NCBI GenBank assembly: GCA_000091205.1
Contig: AP006499.2
DNA length: 64,000 bases
Strand: one strand, 5' to 3'
From: Cyanidioschyzon merolae
Lineage: Eukaryota
In this document: positions 1 to 10,699 of the stretch, in pieces
How positions within the stretch are numbered: position 1 is the first letter of the stretch
How the letters are laid out: each line of letters starts with the position of its first letter
The notes under the pieces: model-generated
Seen by the model: only the letters and a program-made list of their open reading frames with translations
The model's database searches: none
What the model was told of the DNA's origin: nothing
Position numbers and translations under genes: made by a program

Positions 1-1215
1 TCTTACAAGCGACCGAGTGGTTACGGCACAGATAAACTGTATCTTGGGAGGTCCATGATTTTGTATCCATGCGTCAGCTTGATGTAATGAGCTGCACCAG
101 ACCCAAGTCTCATCTGGACGTGGTTCGTTTCTGTCGTTCCCGTCCTTGTGGTAACGTCCGTGAGCGCCCGCTTCATTCCAAAGACATACACCAGAGTTGT
201 CCCGCATTGTTCTTGCCCTTCGATTTTTCCTTTCGTGACCCCGGGTCAAAGACGATCAAATTTATCAGCGCTTGATATACGACTCGAGCAGATGTTCTCT
301 CGAGACCAGCACGATTGCTCTCGGTCCAGGCGATCAAGCAGGCGTAAAAAAGTTCCTACCGAGGAACGGGAGCGCATTCTGTGGTCGCTCCGCTCGTTCA
401 GTCATTTAGCTAGTTGTACCCACATCGTTTCAGTGTCTGTAAGAAGGGCAACCAGAGATCATCTGACCTGGGTCAAGGGTCGCGAGACACCATCCCCAGC
501 ACGTGGAAGTTTGCAAGCGCGTTGACTTCGCGTTCCAATCGGTTGCCGACGATGACCCGCTGTGAGACGAAGCATTTTGTCCGTTCACGATGGCGATCTT
601 GGAGGAAAGCGTACAACTTCATCTCGAAGACGAGAAATTGCCCTGCGGTCACGTTATCTCGCTCGTGATCCATGCTCTCCCCGAAGGGCTCGAGCGGCAT
701 ATTTCTCCCCTCTACCAGAGGATGCGATCCGCTTCTCGCAACAGAACCATTTGGTCTTCCCGGTGAAACGAACCTCCAACCATGAACTGGTCGAGAAACC
801 GGAAGACTCGAAAATTCTCTCGACTGATGTAGAGGAGGCGTCCCAGAATTCCATGAGCGCTTCGGTATGGTATCGGGGGCGGGCGCTCCGCGGCGGCCGC
901 GCCAGCGTCTCCAACTGCAGGCAACAAAGACAGCACGTCAGAATCTGTTCATAAGCGAACATGATGGAATATGATGGTATATCATGGGACAAAAGGAGAC
1001 TCGGATGCATGCGCCAACACACACCATCGACAGGGCGCGCTTGAACTTGCGATGAACCCTGGTGACACGAGGGTCAGCTGCCCGAGACACCGTGCACAAC
1101 GTTCGTCACTGCGCTCTTGGGCACGACTTTTTGGTCTTTGACGGACTCGAAGTCGCCTACTGCTTACGCTTTGGACCGACTGACAAACATCATTAGGGTT
1201 TTTTTTTGAATCCGT

Positions 1216-2529
1216 GTGCGCTGTCCCTGTGGGTGCTCGTCAGCAGCTCAGAGCCGGGCGCCTTTGCGAGCATCCAATCGCCGTCTGGTCGGAGTGCACG
1301 AAGAATCAGACATGCTCAAGTTCTTTCGCCAAGACGGGTCGAATGAGGACAAAGATGATACGAAAAAGCGTGCATCAGTCCTCGAACGCGACGTATCGTC
1401 GCCGCCGGAGCGCCAGGAGCACGGCACGGACGACTTGTCCGAGAGCGCGCAACGCTCTCGTGTTTTATTCGGGTTGATTGTGGGCTCCATGGTAGCGCTC
1501 TGGGGACGGCGTCACCGTCCGAATCCTAACATGGAAAAACGACCAGCATCGAACGGTTCTGGTAGAGAGAGACAGTCTCGATGTTCAGCCTTGGTGAGCG
1601 CTGCCCCTGTAATTCGCATGGGACTAGTCGCTGACGTGCAGTACGCTGACAAGGACGATAAAGAGGTCAGCGGCTCGACGCGCCACTACAGGAACGCCAT
1701 TCATAAGCTGGCACGAATCGTGGAGGCTTTCGATAGCGAGGCGGGGTCGCTGGACCTTGTGCTCCAGCTCGGAGACCTAGTCGATGGCCAGGAGCAGCTC
1801 GATGGATCGCGCGCCGATCTTGAGCTCGTCCTGGGTCAGTTCGCTCGTCTTCCCGTGCCGCTGTACCATGTCTTGGGTAATCATTGCCTCAAATGCGGTC
1901 GCGACTGGCTTCTGAAACGTCTTCGCACACGTGCGTTCTACGATATGCCGCTGCGCGCACGGATGTCATCGGGCCCGAGCGCAACAACCACTCCGTCGGA
2001 AACGCCGTGGCGGCTCGTTGTACTCGATTGTCTGGATATTTCATTGCACTGGGATGATCCAGAAGACCCACGACGTTTGCAAGCAAAGCGCTATTTAAAG
2101 GAACACGCCAGCACGGCTCCGAATGCGGTGCCATATAATGGCGGTATCGGAGAAACGCAGCTGGTTTGGCTCGAGAACGTTCTCGCCGAGGCTCGGACGC
2201 GACAGGAGTTCGTCATCGTCGCCGGGCACGTGCCGATCGCTCCGCAGAGCGCGGCACCGTCTCTGTTACTTTGGAACTACGAGGAGGTTATGGCCCTATT
2301 CCGGGTCTACCGCGACGTCGTGAAGCTCGTACTAGCCGGCCATGAACACGACGGAGGCTATGCCCAGGTTGATGGCATTCACTACATCACACTGCATGGA
2401 GTGGTGAATTGCACCGACGGTGACGATAACGCCTATGCTATTCTTGAACTTGTAGGGCACTCGTTTGCTCGCTTACATGGATTTGGACGCGTCGAGTCTC
2501 GTCTGCTGCTTTTCGACGCATCCCCATGA
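1216..2529 (+). CDS. Calcineurin-like metallophosphoesterase, ADPRM-like (Mn-dependent ADP-ribose/CDP-alcohol diphosphatase). True start uncertain; candidate ATGs at 1216, 1312, 1489 and 1531.
   Basis: Single long ORF. The conserved blocks GLVADVQYAD, LQLGDLVDG, GNHC, AGHVPI and AGHEHDGGY align to the ADPRM metallophosphoesterase signature, and the C-terminal layout matches human ADPRM. Confidence 0.8.
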   Translation: MRCPCGCSSAAQSRAPLRASNRRLVGVHEESDMLKFFRQDGSNEDKDDTKKRASVLERDVSSPPERQEHGTDDLSESAQRSRVLFGLIVGSMVALWGRRHRPNPNMEKRPASNGSGRERQSRCSALVSAAPVIRMGLVADVQYADKDDKEVSGSTRHYRNAIHKLARIVEAFDSEAGSLDLVLQLGDLVDGQEQLDGSRADLELVLGQFARLPVPLYHVLGNHCLKCGRDWLLKRLRTRAFYDMPLRARMSSGPSATTTPSETPWRLVVLDCLDISLHWDDPEDPRRLQAKRYLKEHASTAPNAVPYNGGIGETQLVWLENVLAEARTRQEFVIVAGHVPIAPQSAAPSLLLWNYEEVMALFRVYRDVVKLVLAGHEHDGGYAQVDGIHYITLHGVVNCTDGDDNAYAILELVGHSFARLHGFGRVESRLLLFDASP

Positions 2530-3989
2530 AATGGCGATCAGCTCGCACTGAAACTTGGTGTGCCATACCATTGCTGGCAATACTTGGATCCTGCGTCTGC
2601 GTTCATCACAGAGCGATCCAGCTCGCCGCTGATGCGCGCTGCGGAGCGAATCGCAGGCGGCTAGAATGGCTGGGCATTACGGAGCGCCTCGGAAGCGGTG
2701 CTGTTCACGTAAAGCCCGCACAGCAGACAGCTACAACGCGTGTTGTACCCGAAGGAACTCGCTGAACGAAGACAGCAGAGCCTCGGTAGTTGTTCTTACC
2801 AAGGATTCGGATAGGATCTGTGGTGCTGTCGCCGTCAACGTCGCTGGGGCACTGAGCATGCACCGCGCGTGGGTATCAACGCCAATTTGGATGATCGTGC
2901 TGAGGTTGCAACCTGGACAAGCTAGCGGAGCACTGTAGAATACCAGCATTCTTGTTTGCTAGAAAGCTGCACGAGAGCAAAATTGAAACGAAACATGGCC
3001 CCTAGTGGGGATACGGGCCTCGAGCTTGCGCCCGAAACACCAACGCCACGAGATCAGGCGACGTTCTGGCAAGCAACGCTATTGAATCGATTAGAGTTTG
3101 CCGTAGTTTGGAACTGGATCTGCCGCGGGTGCTCATCATTTGGGTATTCAGCGGGAGAATTTGCCGTAGTTGTGTTCGCAGTAGGAAGCGTCAGAGCTCA
3201 CTTCTGTACGCGTCGAGTCCAAGAACCGATGCGTGCGGAACGATCGTGCAGCCGTGTCCGCTGCAGAACATAGAGGCGTTCTTCGTTCCGTAAACGATCG
3301 GCAGAAAGCTTTTCAGTATCGAGTCGCTTCTGTACAGTAGCCGTGGTGCGTAGAAGCCGATGCACGCTGCTCCCCGCAGCGAGCACAGCGCTTGCGAAGC
3401 GGGATCACTTGTCGGCATTATGCAACGGTCCGTGTGCGGGCGTGCCGTGCACCCAGGGTTCAGTTTAGCGCGCTGCTCGAATCTCCATTCGTGTCTGCAT
3501 CGAATGGAACAGCTCCGCTTTGCCAACTCGGGCGTACACACTTCAGTTTGGGTCTCCTGGTATTGTCATCAATACAAGCCTTTGAGGGCGTTTTGTTCAA
3601 CTGCCTTCTTTCCGTCCTTCTAATCCGCGGCGTGGAATATGTTGGTCTCTTCTTTCTGTTCTTCTCAGTTGGCAAGAGTCGAACGATGTTGGTGGCAGTG
3701 TTCAGGTCCCGATTTCACTGCTTCCAGCTGGAGTCGACGCATGTCGTCCCTAGATGATGCATTCGATCTACGCTTCGCTTGCCATGTTTATTTTCTTTGC
3801 ATACAGCATCGGTACGCAGTTCGCAGCGGTTGCGCTTGGCTCTATGCAGGCGTTCCCATATGATCGCAACCGCCACTCCTTCTCGTTCTTGTGCTGCGCC
3901 TCGTCGAAGCGCTGCCCTATGGTGCGTGAGCGCTTGCCTGTTCGTTCGTTGTAGACGCCTGACGGGTACAGAAGGCTCGCATAGATACA

Positions 3990-4500
3990 TGCCGTCTTGC
4001 GGCGCCTGGTGCCGTATCCTACGATCACGTGCTTGTTCTCAGTGATCCCCTTGGCGAGTACTCTTCCGGCTGCACGTACAAGCGTACACTGTTCCGTTCA
4101 ATAAAAAATTTGTGGAACGTGATATTGTCCATGATGAAACTAGCACCCCTAGGATAATCGTGAATGGAGAAACTTCCGAGCCATGTCGATCCGCCTTCGC
4201 ACCTTTCCTGCAATTCCGGAACGCGCTCTCGCCACCCGAAGCGCTCGTAACGATGACTGAGGTTCGATCTCAAGGCCCTTGCACCGGCGCTATAGGCGCC
4301 AATGCTGTCGCTTTCGGCAGGCTCGGCACACGATAGCACGTATGACACGACCAGAATATCCGAGATGAAGTGTAGGTAATGTACTATGGAGGTAGGGCGT
4401 TTGATAGATACTTCATCGCGCACTGAAAAAACAACACAAAAAAGTAAGAAAAGAAAAATGCACATAATCGGAGAACGCTGGCCTAAGTACACGTTTTGTC
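3990..4500 (+). repeat. Degenerate probable copy (U) of the dispersed repeat family; only the core is reasonably recognisable.
   Basis: Block B (reverse complement GTGGAACGTGATATTGTCCATGATGAAAC at 4113-4140) matches Y 55368-55388 and X 47931-47953. A weak block-C-like stretch lies at about 4345-4375. The region is AT-richer than its surroundings. Confidence 0.35.
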
Positions 4501-5138
4501 AGTTGAAAAATCTCAAGACCCTTTTACGTGCAAAAAGAAGAGACAGGCGTCGCTTGGAGCGTATCCTGCGAGCGGTGCCATATGGCTGGCGAATTCTGTT
4601 TCGTCGATGACCGTAAAGCGAGGAGGATTACGCTTTCGAACGGCATCGACTATTTGACTTGAGCAATTCAGTGAGTGCTCGGTATGAGTTTGTGCACAAG
4701 TCGTTGCGGGAGAATGTCGGGCTTCTTTCCACGTCAACCTGGCCATGCTCATTGCTGCACCATCGAGTTTGCCTTGAAACAGAACGATCTAAAACAGCCA
4801 AGATTTCATGACTTGAGCATGCTTCACATGAAGTAAAGAGAGACATGGAGGCTTTCGGGTATAAATCGGATGATGATATCGGTTGTTTTGCGGACCCGTG
4901 TTAAAGCGCATCGCGAACCACATTGATTTCGGAGACGAAACGAATTCCAGTGACGAAAAGTAGAAGCATTCACTCCGAAAAAGAAGAGAGAACATATGAA
5001 AACTATTTATGAATCTATAATCCCTTATTCATGCTTTCCACATCTCGAGAAGCTCGACACCTAGAAAAGCTCGCGAAAAATCGAAAGGCAGGATCAGAGA
5101 GAATCGTTCCAAGCTCCATCTTCATCTGATATGGAGGT

Positions 5139-5510
5139 CGGACAAACGACATCCGCGTTGTTCAGGCAACAAGCGCCAGCGCGTTAACTCAAATAACAGA
5201 AGACGCGTTTCTTCGAGTCCGCTGTTAGGTTTTCAAGTCAGCGCGTAGACCAAACGACATCCGCGTTGCTCAGGCAACTAGCGCCAGCGCGCCGACTCGA
5301 GTTACAGAAGACGCCTCTCTTCAAGTCAGCGCGTAGACCAAACGACATCCGCGTTGTTCAGGCAACTAGCGCCAGCGCGCCGACTCGAGTTACAGAAGAC
5401 GCCTCTCTTCAAGTCAGCGCGTAGACCAAACGACATCCGCGTTGTTCAGGCAACTAGCGCCAGCGCGCCGACTCGAGTTACAGAAGACGCCTCTCTTCAA
5501 GTCCGCTGCT
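5139..5510. repeat. Minisatellite, about 88-bp unit x about 4.2 copies, ending 4 bp before the ALG8-like ATG.
   Basis: Direct tandem repetition of GACCAAACGACATCCGCGTTGTTCAGGCAACTAGCGCCAGCGCGCCGACTCGAGTTACAGAAGACGCCTCTCTTCAAGTCAGCGCGTA. Units are near-identical; the first unit carries a about 20-bp insertion. Confidence 0.9.
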
Positions 5511-5514
5511 CCGA

Positions 5515-7275
5515 ATGGATAAAACGTCGCACCCACAGGAAGGAGTGGGTTTTGGGTTGCTGCTGCGATTGTACTGCGTGACGGCGCTTCTGAAGGCTCT
5601 TTTGGTGCGCGCACCTTACTCGACGGACTTGCTTGTGCACCTGCACTGGAAGAGTCTCACGAGGCGGTTCCCAGTGTCCGCCTGGTACACGCCTGCGACC
5701 GGGCCACCCTATCTGGACTATCCCACATGTTTCGCCTACCTCGAATGGTTCCTCGGTGCGCTGGCGCAGTTGCTCCGTATTCCACTCGATCACGAGAACG
5801 GTAGTGTGCGTTTATCGACGTTGATCTTCATGCGAATAACAGTTATCGCACTAGACGTGTTTCTGTTTCTCGGCATGCGACCATGGTGTGCAGGCCCGGA
5901 GACAGCCGCCGCAGCCTCTTTCCCGTCTGTAGTACTCGATCGATTGCTTTGGGTTGTTACGCACCCTGCGCTCTGGCTCGTAGACAATATCCATTTCCAA
6001 TACAATGGGCTGGTAATTGGCGTCATTCTATACAGCCTGGGCGTCCTGTTTCGCGAGAGCGTTTACGCGGAAATGGAAAAGCGTCGATCCCAAAGAGGCA
6101 TGTGGCGAGCTAGTGCGGCTTTTCTGGTGGCGTTGGGCTTGAAACATACGACTGCGCTCAGCATTGCGCCAGTAGTCGGACTTGTGCTGTGGAAACAACG
6201 CGCCTGGAAGAATATCTATGTTGTTGTTTCCGGTTTCGTTTGGTTGCTTCTGATGCTCGGCTTGCCTTTTGGGTGCGTGGGTTGGCGCGCGCTCTGGGAA
6301 CGCCTCTTCCCGCTGGATGAGCGGGGCCTTTTTCACGCGTATTGGGCGCCGAACGCGTATGCCCTGCTCGCAGCCGCTGACAAAGTTGTCGCCCGTTTCT
6401 GCGCTCTCGTTTTCAGCAGACTTGTGGAACGAGGGCTTGCGAAATCTCCGCACGGCTCTGATCTGCTACCGATGCTACACCGATCCGGCCGCGTTTCGAA
6501 CAGCGCCGGACTCGTCCAGACTGCAGGGGGCGGTTTCTACCTCTTGCCAGAATGGACTCCGATGCTTGCCACGCTATGCTGCGTCGTCGCAATGACACCG
6601 AGTCTGCTTGCTCTGCACTGGGCATTCCAGGAAAGTGCAAGGCATGGCGAAACACAACCTGCCAGCTCGGATGCAACCGCCGTAGACCGGTTAGATCAGC
6701 GCCGTTGCATGGAGTTTTTGGCGAAGATATGCGCACAGGTGTCCCTGAGCTTGTTCTTGTTCGGATGGCATGTCCACGAAAAGGCGCTCATCCTGCCGGT
6801 GTTCCTCGCGGGCCTCGGATTAGGGCCGCGTCATCCGGTAGCTGCGGCCCTGAGCACAGCCTGCTCGCTGGCGATGTTCCCGCTGGTGTCCTCGCCAGGC
6901 GTACGGCTGGTTCGGCTCGCGCTGCTCTTCTGGCACTGGCTATACTTTGCGCCGCTGCAGCCTTGGCCACCGACGCGCGCGTGGCTGTTGGTGTATTCGT
7001 ACGGTGGAATTGGGCTGATGATCGGCGAGCTGTTGGCCTCGTGGCACGGCTGGCAGCGTCTGGGTCTACCGTTTCTGCCGCTGATGCTACAGTCCGTGTA
7101 CAGTGCGCTCGCTGTTGTCTTCGCATGGGGTTATCTCAGCTGGCAGGTGTGGCGAAGCACGCGAGCCGATTACATGGGATGCAGCCCAAATGCCGAAGCC
7201 AAGCACTTGCTCATCGCACCGTCAGTGCAGGCCGGTGCGCGACCTCTGCTTGTCCGTAGCTCCTCCAAGCACTGA
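5515..7275 (+). CDS. ALG8: Dolichyl-P-Glc:Glc1Man9GlcNAc2-PP-dolichol alpha-1,3-glucosyltransferase, ALG6/ALG8 family (GT57), ALG8-like.
   Basis: The N-terminus LLKALLVRAPYSTDLLVHLHWKSLTRRFPVSAWYTPATGPPYLDYPTCFAYLEWFLG parallels human ALG8 ([53 protein letters not shown]). The ORF is a multi-pass membrane protein of 586 aa and carries the HEKALILP motif. Confidence 0.85.
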   Translation: MDKTSHPQEGVGFGLLLRLYCVTALLKALLVRAPYSTDLLVHLHWKSLTRRFPVSAWYTPATGPPYLDYPTCFAYLEWFLGALAQLLRIPLDHENGSVRLSTLIFMRITVIALDVFLFLGMRPWCAGPETAAAASFPSVVLDRLLWVVTHPALWLVDNIHFQYNGLVIGVILYSLGVLFRESVYAEMEKRRSQRGMWRASAAFLVALGLKHTTALSIAPVVGLVLWKQRAWKNIYVVVSGFVWLLLMLGLPFGCVGWRALWERLFPLDERGLFHAYWAPNAYALLAAADKVVARFCALVFSRLVERGLAKSPHGSDLLPMLHRSGRVSNSAGLVQTAGGGFYLLPEWTPMLATLCCVVAMTPSLLALHWAFQESARHGETQPASSDATAVDRLDQRRCMEFLAKICAQVSLSLFLFGWHVHEKALILPVFLAGLGLGPRHPVAAALSTACSLAMFPLVSSPGVRLVRLALLFWHWLYFAPLQPWPPTRAWLLVYSYGGIGLMIGELLASWHGWQRLGLPFLPLMLQSVYSALAVVFAWGYLSWQVWRSTRADYMGCSPNAEAKHLLIAPSVQAGARPLLVRSSSKH

Positions 7276-7631
7276 AATGTAAAATATCTACTGTTAAGCA
7301 TGATATCGCTCGATCTCCCATGGAGCAGAGCACTTTGACAACACCAGGCACTATTAGGACAAGGCGAATGCGTGGTACTCTCGACGACTTTCGTCTGCGG
7401 TACCTGCGTGCGGTACAGCACCTTATCGCGTTGCACGACGATGCCGTGCCACCCTCACCTGAGTGCCAGTCTGCGTAGCTTCAAAAGCAAGCAACACGGT
7501 TTCCAGAAGTGCCAAAATACGCCCATATCATTCTCTGGAACGGAGTCTCCAGGCGACGGACTTTTTTATTGAGATATGGCACAAAGTCTGCACGCTGGAC
7601 GAGGAGTCTGTGTGATGACACCCTGAAAACA

Positions 7632-9307
7632 AACGCCGTTCTAAAGAAAAAGGCTGCTGTCGCCAGTGGTGCAGTAGTGGCGAGAAACCCGCCCTAGACA
7701 AAACGTCTCCAACTGAGGAGCAGACGCCTCCCAGTCTTGATCGACCGGCCATCTCCTACTGCTTCCAACTTCTTCTCATATAGGTCGACTTTGAGAGGTT
7801 GTCCAATAAAGTTTGTTCTTGTCGACTCTGGAGGTCTCTTCTCCAGCACCGCACATTTCCGTCCATTGAATGCGGCGTTAAAGTCTCAATTGACAAACTC
7901 CATACGTTTCTTGCCATTGGTTGTACTTACGAATGCGAGTAGTCCACGAACTTTTGCCCTCCTTTCCATTTGCTCTTCCGTCAGCGCTCCGTACTTTTTT
8001 ATACCCTCAGGGCTCCTCTGGCACTTTTTCCATCTCGACACTCTGAGGTGTACACTCCAGTTCGTGATGTGTATACGATGTTCGGAACTCATCTACAGGT
8101 ATCGTAACAAAACGCCTTGCGCACTCCTTGTACGTTCACGTCGTTGGAGCTGGTGTACACCCTTTTTTGGATTCCCAGCGTCCTGCTCCGTATGCGACTA
8201 CGAGCCTTTGAATTTCATCCTCCTTCAACGCACTCAACTCATTGAAAAAATTCGCGAACGCCCGCTGTTTCCCGCCGTATCGATTCATTCGCAAACGAGC
8301 CCACCGGGGCTTGGTATACTCCTCCCACAGCGTATCCCAATGCGCAATGCGAATATCATAACCATCGCTGTATCCAAGCGTGCGGAAGATGGTATTGATG
8401 GTAACGTACGTCAGAAAGCAATGCGTCTTTAGAGGTTATCGACAGCGAGATTCTACCGGGAATCAGGTATAACGAATGCGAGGAAGAAAACTGCTGCGTG
8501 GAATGCAGGAATGAAAGAGCACCTGGAAGCTTCGAGCGAGGCGACGAGCCGAGGCGCGGACTTTGAAGCTTTTCGAAAGTGTATGGAAGTTCGCATTGCG
8601 CATTGGGATACGCTGTGGGAGGAGTATGCCAAGCCCCGGTGGGCTCGTTTGCGAATGAATCGATACGGCGGGAAACAGCGGGCGTTCGCGAATTTTTTCA
8701 ATGAGTTGAGTGCCCTGAAGGAGGATGAAATTCAAAGGCTCGTAATCGCATACGGAGCAGGACGCTGGGAATCCAAAAAAGGGTGTACACCAGCTCCAAC
8801 GACGTGAACGTACAAGGAGTGCGCAAGGCGTTTTGTTACGATACCTGTAGATGAGTTCCGAACATCGTATACACATCACGAACTGGAGTGTACACCTCAG
8901 AGTGTCGAGATGGAAAAAGTGCCAGAGGAGCCCTGAGGGTATAAAAAAGTACGGAGCGCTGACGGAAGAGCAAATGGAAAGGAGGGCAAAAGTTCGTGGA
9001 CTACTCGCATTCGTAAGTACAACCAATGGCAAGAAACGTATGGAGTTTGTCAATTGAGACTTTAACGCCGCATTCAATGGACGGAAATGTGCGGTGCTGG
9101 ACAAGAGACCTCCAGAGTCGACAAGAACGAACTTTATTGGACAACCTCTCAAAGTCGACCTATATGAGAAGAAGTTGGAAGCAGTAGGAGATGGCCGGTC
9201 GATCAAGACTGGGAGGCGTCTGCTCCTCAGTTGGAGACGTTTTGTCTAGGGCGGGTTTCTCGCCACTACTGCACCACTGGCGACAGCAGCCTTTTTCTTT
9301 AGAACGG
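7632..9307. repeat. Large near-perfect inverted duplication (palindrome). The left arm is about 7632-8330, the unique spacer about 8330-8615 and the right arm about 8615-9307. Arms are about 99% identical.
   Basis: ORFs 7737-8432(+) and 8463-9206(-) translate to the same protein except for 2 substitutions and the C-termini. The 68-aa ORFs 7886-8092(-) and 8851-9057(+) are identical. Direct reading shows reverse-complement identity from AAACGCCGTTCTAAAGAAAAAGGCTGCTGTCGCC inward on both sides. Confidence 0.9.
8511..9170 (+). pseudogene. Possible decayed TnpB/Fanzor-like (OrfB zinc-ribbon) reading frame. It runs outward through the right arm, is interrupted by in-frame stops at 8805, 8934 and 9063, and is mirrored on the minus strand of the left arm.
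   Basis: Frame 0 reads ...LVIAYGAGRWESKKGCTPAPTT*TYKECARRFVTIPVDEFRTSYTHHELEC...EMCGAGQETSRVDKNELYW. This resembles the TnpB C-terminal pattern YKA..G..V.V.P..TSQ.C..CG ... C..CG..DRD.NAA.NI, with YKECARRFVTIPVDEFRTS matching YKAAWYGRTLIKVDPRNTSQ. The similarity is judged by eye only. Confidence 0.2.
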
Positions 9308-9373
9308 CGTTTTCTGTTCGTAGCGGATGCCAGAGAACTGACGTTCATTTGATTCGCAGAGTAGAGGACGCTT

Positions 9374-10699
9374 ATGCGTTCGGGATTTCTGCACGAAGCA
9401 GAGCCGCCGGCTCTGGATCCTGCAGATGCGGTGTGGCGACGTCTCAGTTCAGTTGAGCAGCAACGATACTTTCTTCATCGCATCGTGCTGCACACTTTTG
9501 CGCAGAAACCCTTAAGGATACCGACGGAAATACTCGAACACAACTCAGGACAAAGTGGCGTTCATGAGTGGCAAGGACCGGTCGCCAGTTTCCTGCGACT
9601 GCTCCGTCGACTCTGTCACGGCCTCCGGTGGGAACACCGCGGTGCCGAGCGCTCAGTCGTCGTTCTCCACCCTGGTGTGTACGTTGGCTGTGTTGCCGAC
9701 GAACACACTGTCGACGACGTGCCTCTCATCGTGCACCGTTGCGACGACCTGGGCGCTTACTCGGTGACGGTGCTGCTGGAGCCCTTGCTGGTGCTGGCCC
9801 CGTTCGGGAAGCAGGTGACACGAGTGCGCTTTCGCAAGGCCGTCACCGAGAACAGCAGCCCAGAGACCATCGATGCGTTTATGCACGTCACACTCCCGCT
9901 GGCACAGGCGCTTCTCGGAACGGATTCGTGGTCAGAGCTGGCACCTTGCCGGGCGCTTCGGGTCCAGCTACTTCGACGGGATGTGCCTCAAAGCGGCTCC
10001 GATACGCAGAGGATGCACGCACCACGCGGCGTTGTTCTGTTCGAGTGTCCAGTATTGAAGACGGGGCTGCACTGGGAGACGCTTCGTGAGACGCTGGCGA
10101 GGGGCTCGTTCCCACATGGACGCAGCGTTATTCAGCGGCTGGGCGGGGTGGTGTCCACGGCAGGTGTTGCGCCAACGTGGGGTCTGCGCCTCATCAGCAT
10201 GTCGCGTTCGCATTTCGAGCGCTGGTTGAGCGACGTGTACATAAGCGCCGTTCGAGTGCCGAAATCACGGACACCCATGTGCAGTCTGACAGTATGGGCG
10301 GAGAGCGCTGACAACTGCGCCTACGTTGCGAACACGAGCTGGTTTGAGGACTTGGATACTTTCTCGAATGAGCGCCGGGACCTACTCGGTTTTGCCGCCT
10401 TAGAAAAGATATTTTACAGCAAACTGCTTCCTCGTCTACGGCGGCGTATTCGGAATGCTGGACGCGCGGATACGCAGCATCACCCCCTGTTGCTGTGGTT
10501 CATGGCAATGGCACCTCCGAAGGGGCCACTTCAGACGTGCCTCGGGGCAGAGGTAGCGCTGCCAAGCCACCTACTTATACAGGATTTGGAGCATGTGCTT
10601 GGTGTGCGGTTTCATCTGCAACAAGACCAGAAAACTACGCTCTGGTGGTTATGCTGCCAAGGTTTGGGTTACCAGAACTGGAGCCGCGTTCGCCATTAG
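9374..10699 (+). CDS. Hypothetical protein (441 aa) with no recognisable domain.
   Basis: Long ORF with balanced composition and no motif I can name. Its 3' end overlaps the convergent ORF 10649-11794. Confidence 0.35.
   Translation: MRSGFLHEAEPPALDPADAVWRRLSSVEQQRYFLHRIVLHTFAQKPLRIPTEILEHNSGQSGVHEWQGPVASFLRLLRRLCHGLRWEHRGAERSVVVLHPGVYVGCVADEHTVDDVPLIVHRCDDLGAYSVTVLLEPLLVLAPFGKQVTRVRFRKAVTENSSPETIDAFMHVTLPLAQALLGTDSWSELAPCRALRVQLLRRDVPQSGSDTQRMHAPRGVVLFECPVLKTGLHWETLRETLARGSFPHGRSVIQRLGGVVSTAGVAPTWGLRLISMSRSHFERWLSDVYISAVRVPKSRTPMCSLTVWAESADNCAYVANTSWFEDLDTFSNERRDLLGFAALEKIFYSKLLPRLRRRIRNAGRADTQHHPLLLWFMAMAPPKGPLQTCLGAEVALPSHLLIQDLEHVLGVRFHLQQDQKTTLWWLCCQGLGYQNWSRVRH

Noticed and set aside
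7737-9206. Facing 231-aa and 247-aa ORFs (7737-8432 +, 8463-9206 -) with identical sequence.
   Set aside because: The identity is a trivial consequence of the inverted duplication. The proteins are S/L/R/C/F-rich with almost no acidic residues, which is antisense-like composition. The opposite strand carries the more gene-like (TnpB-like) frame.
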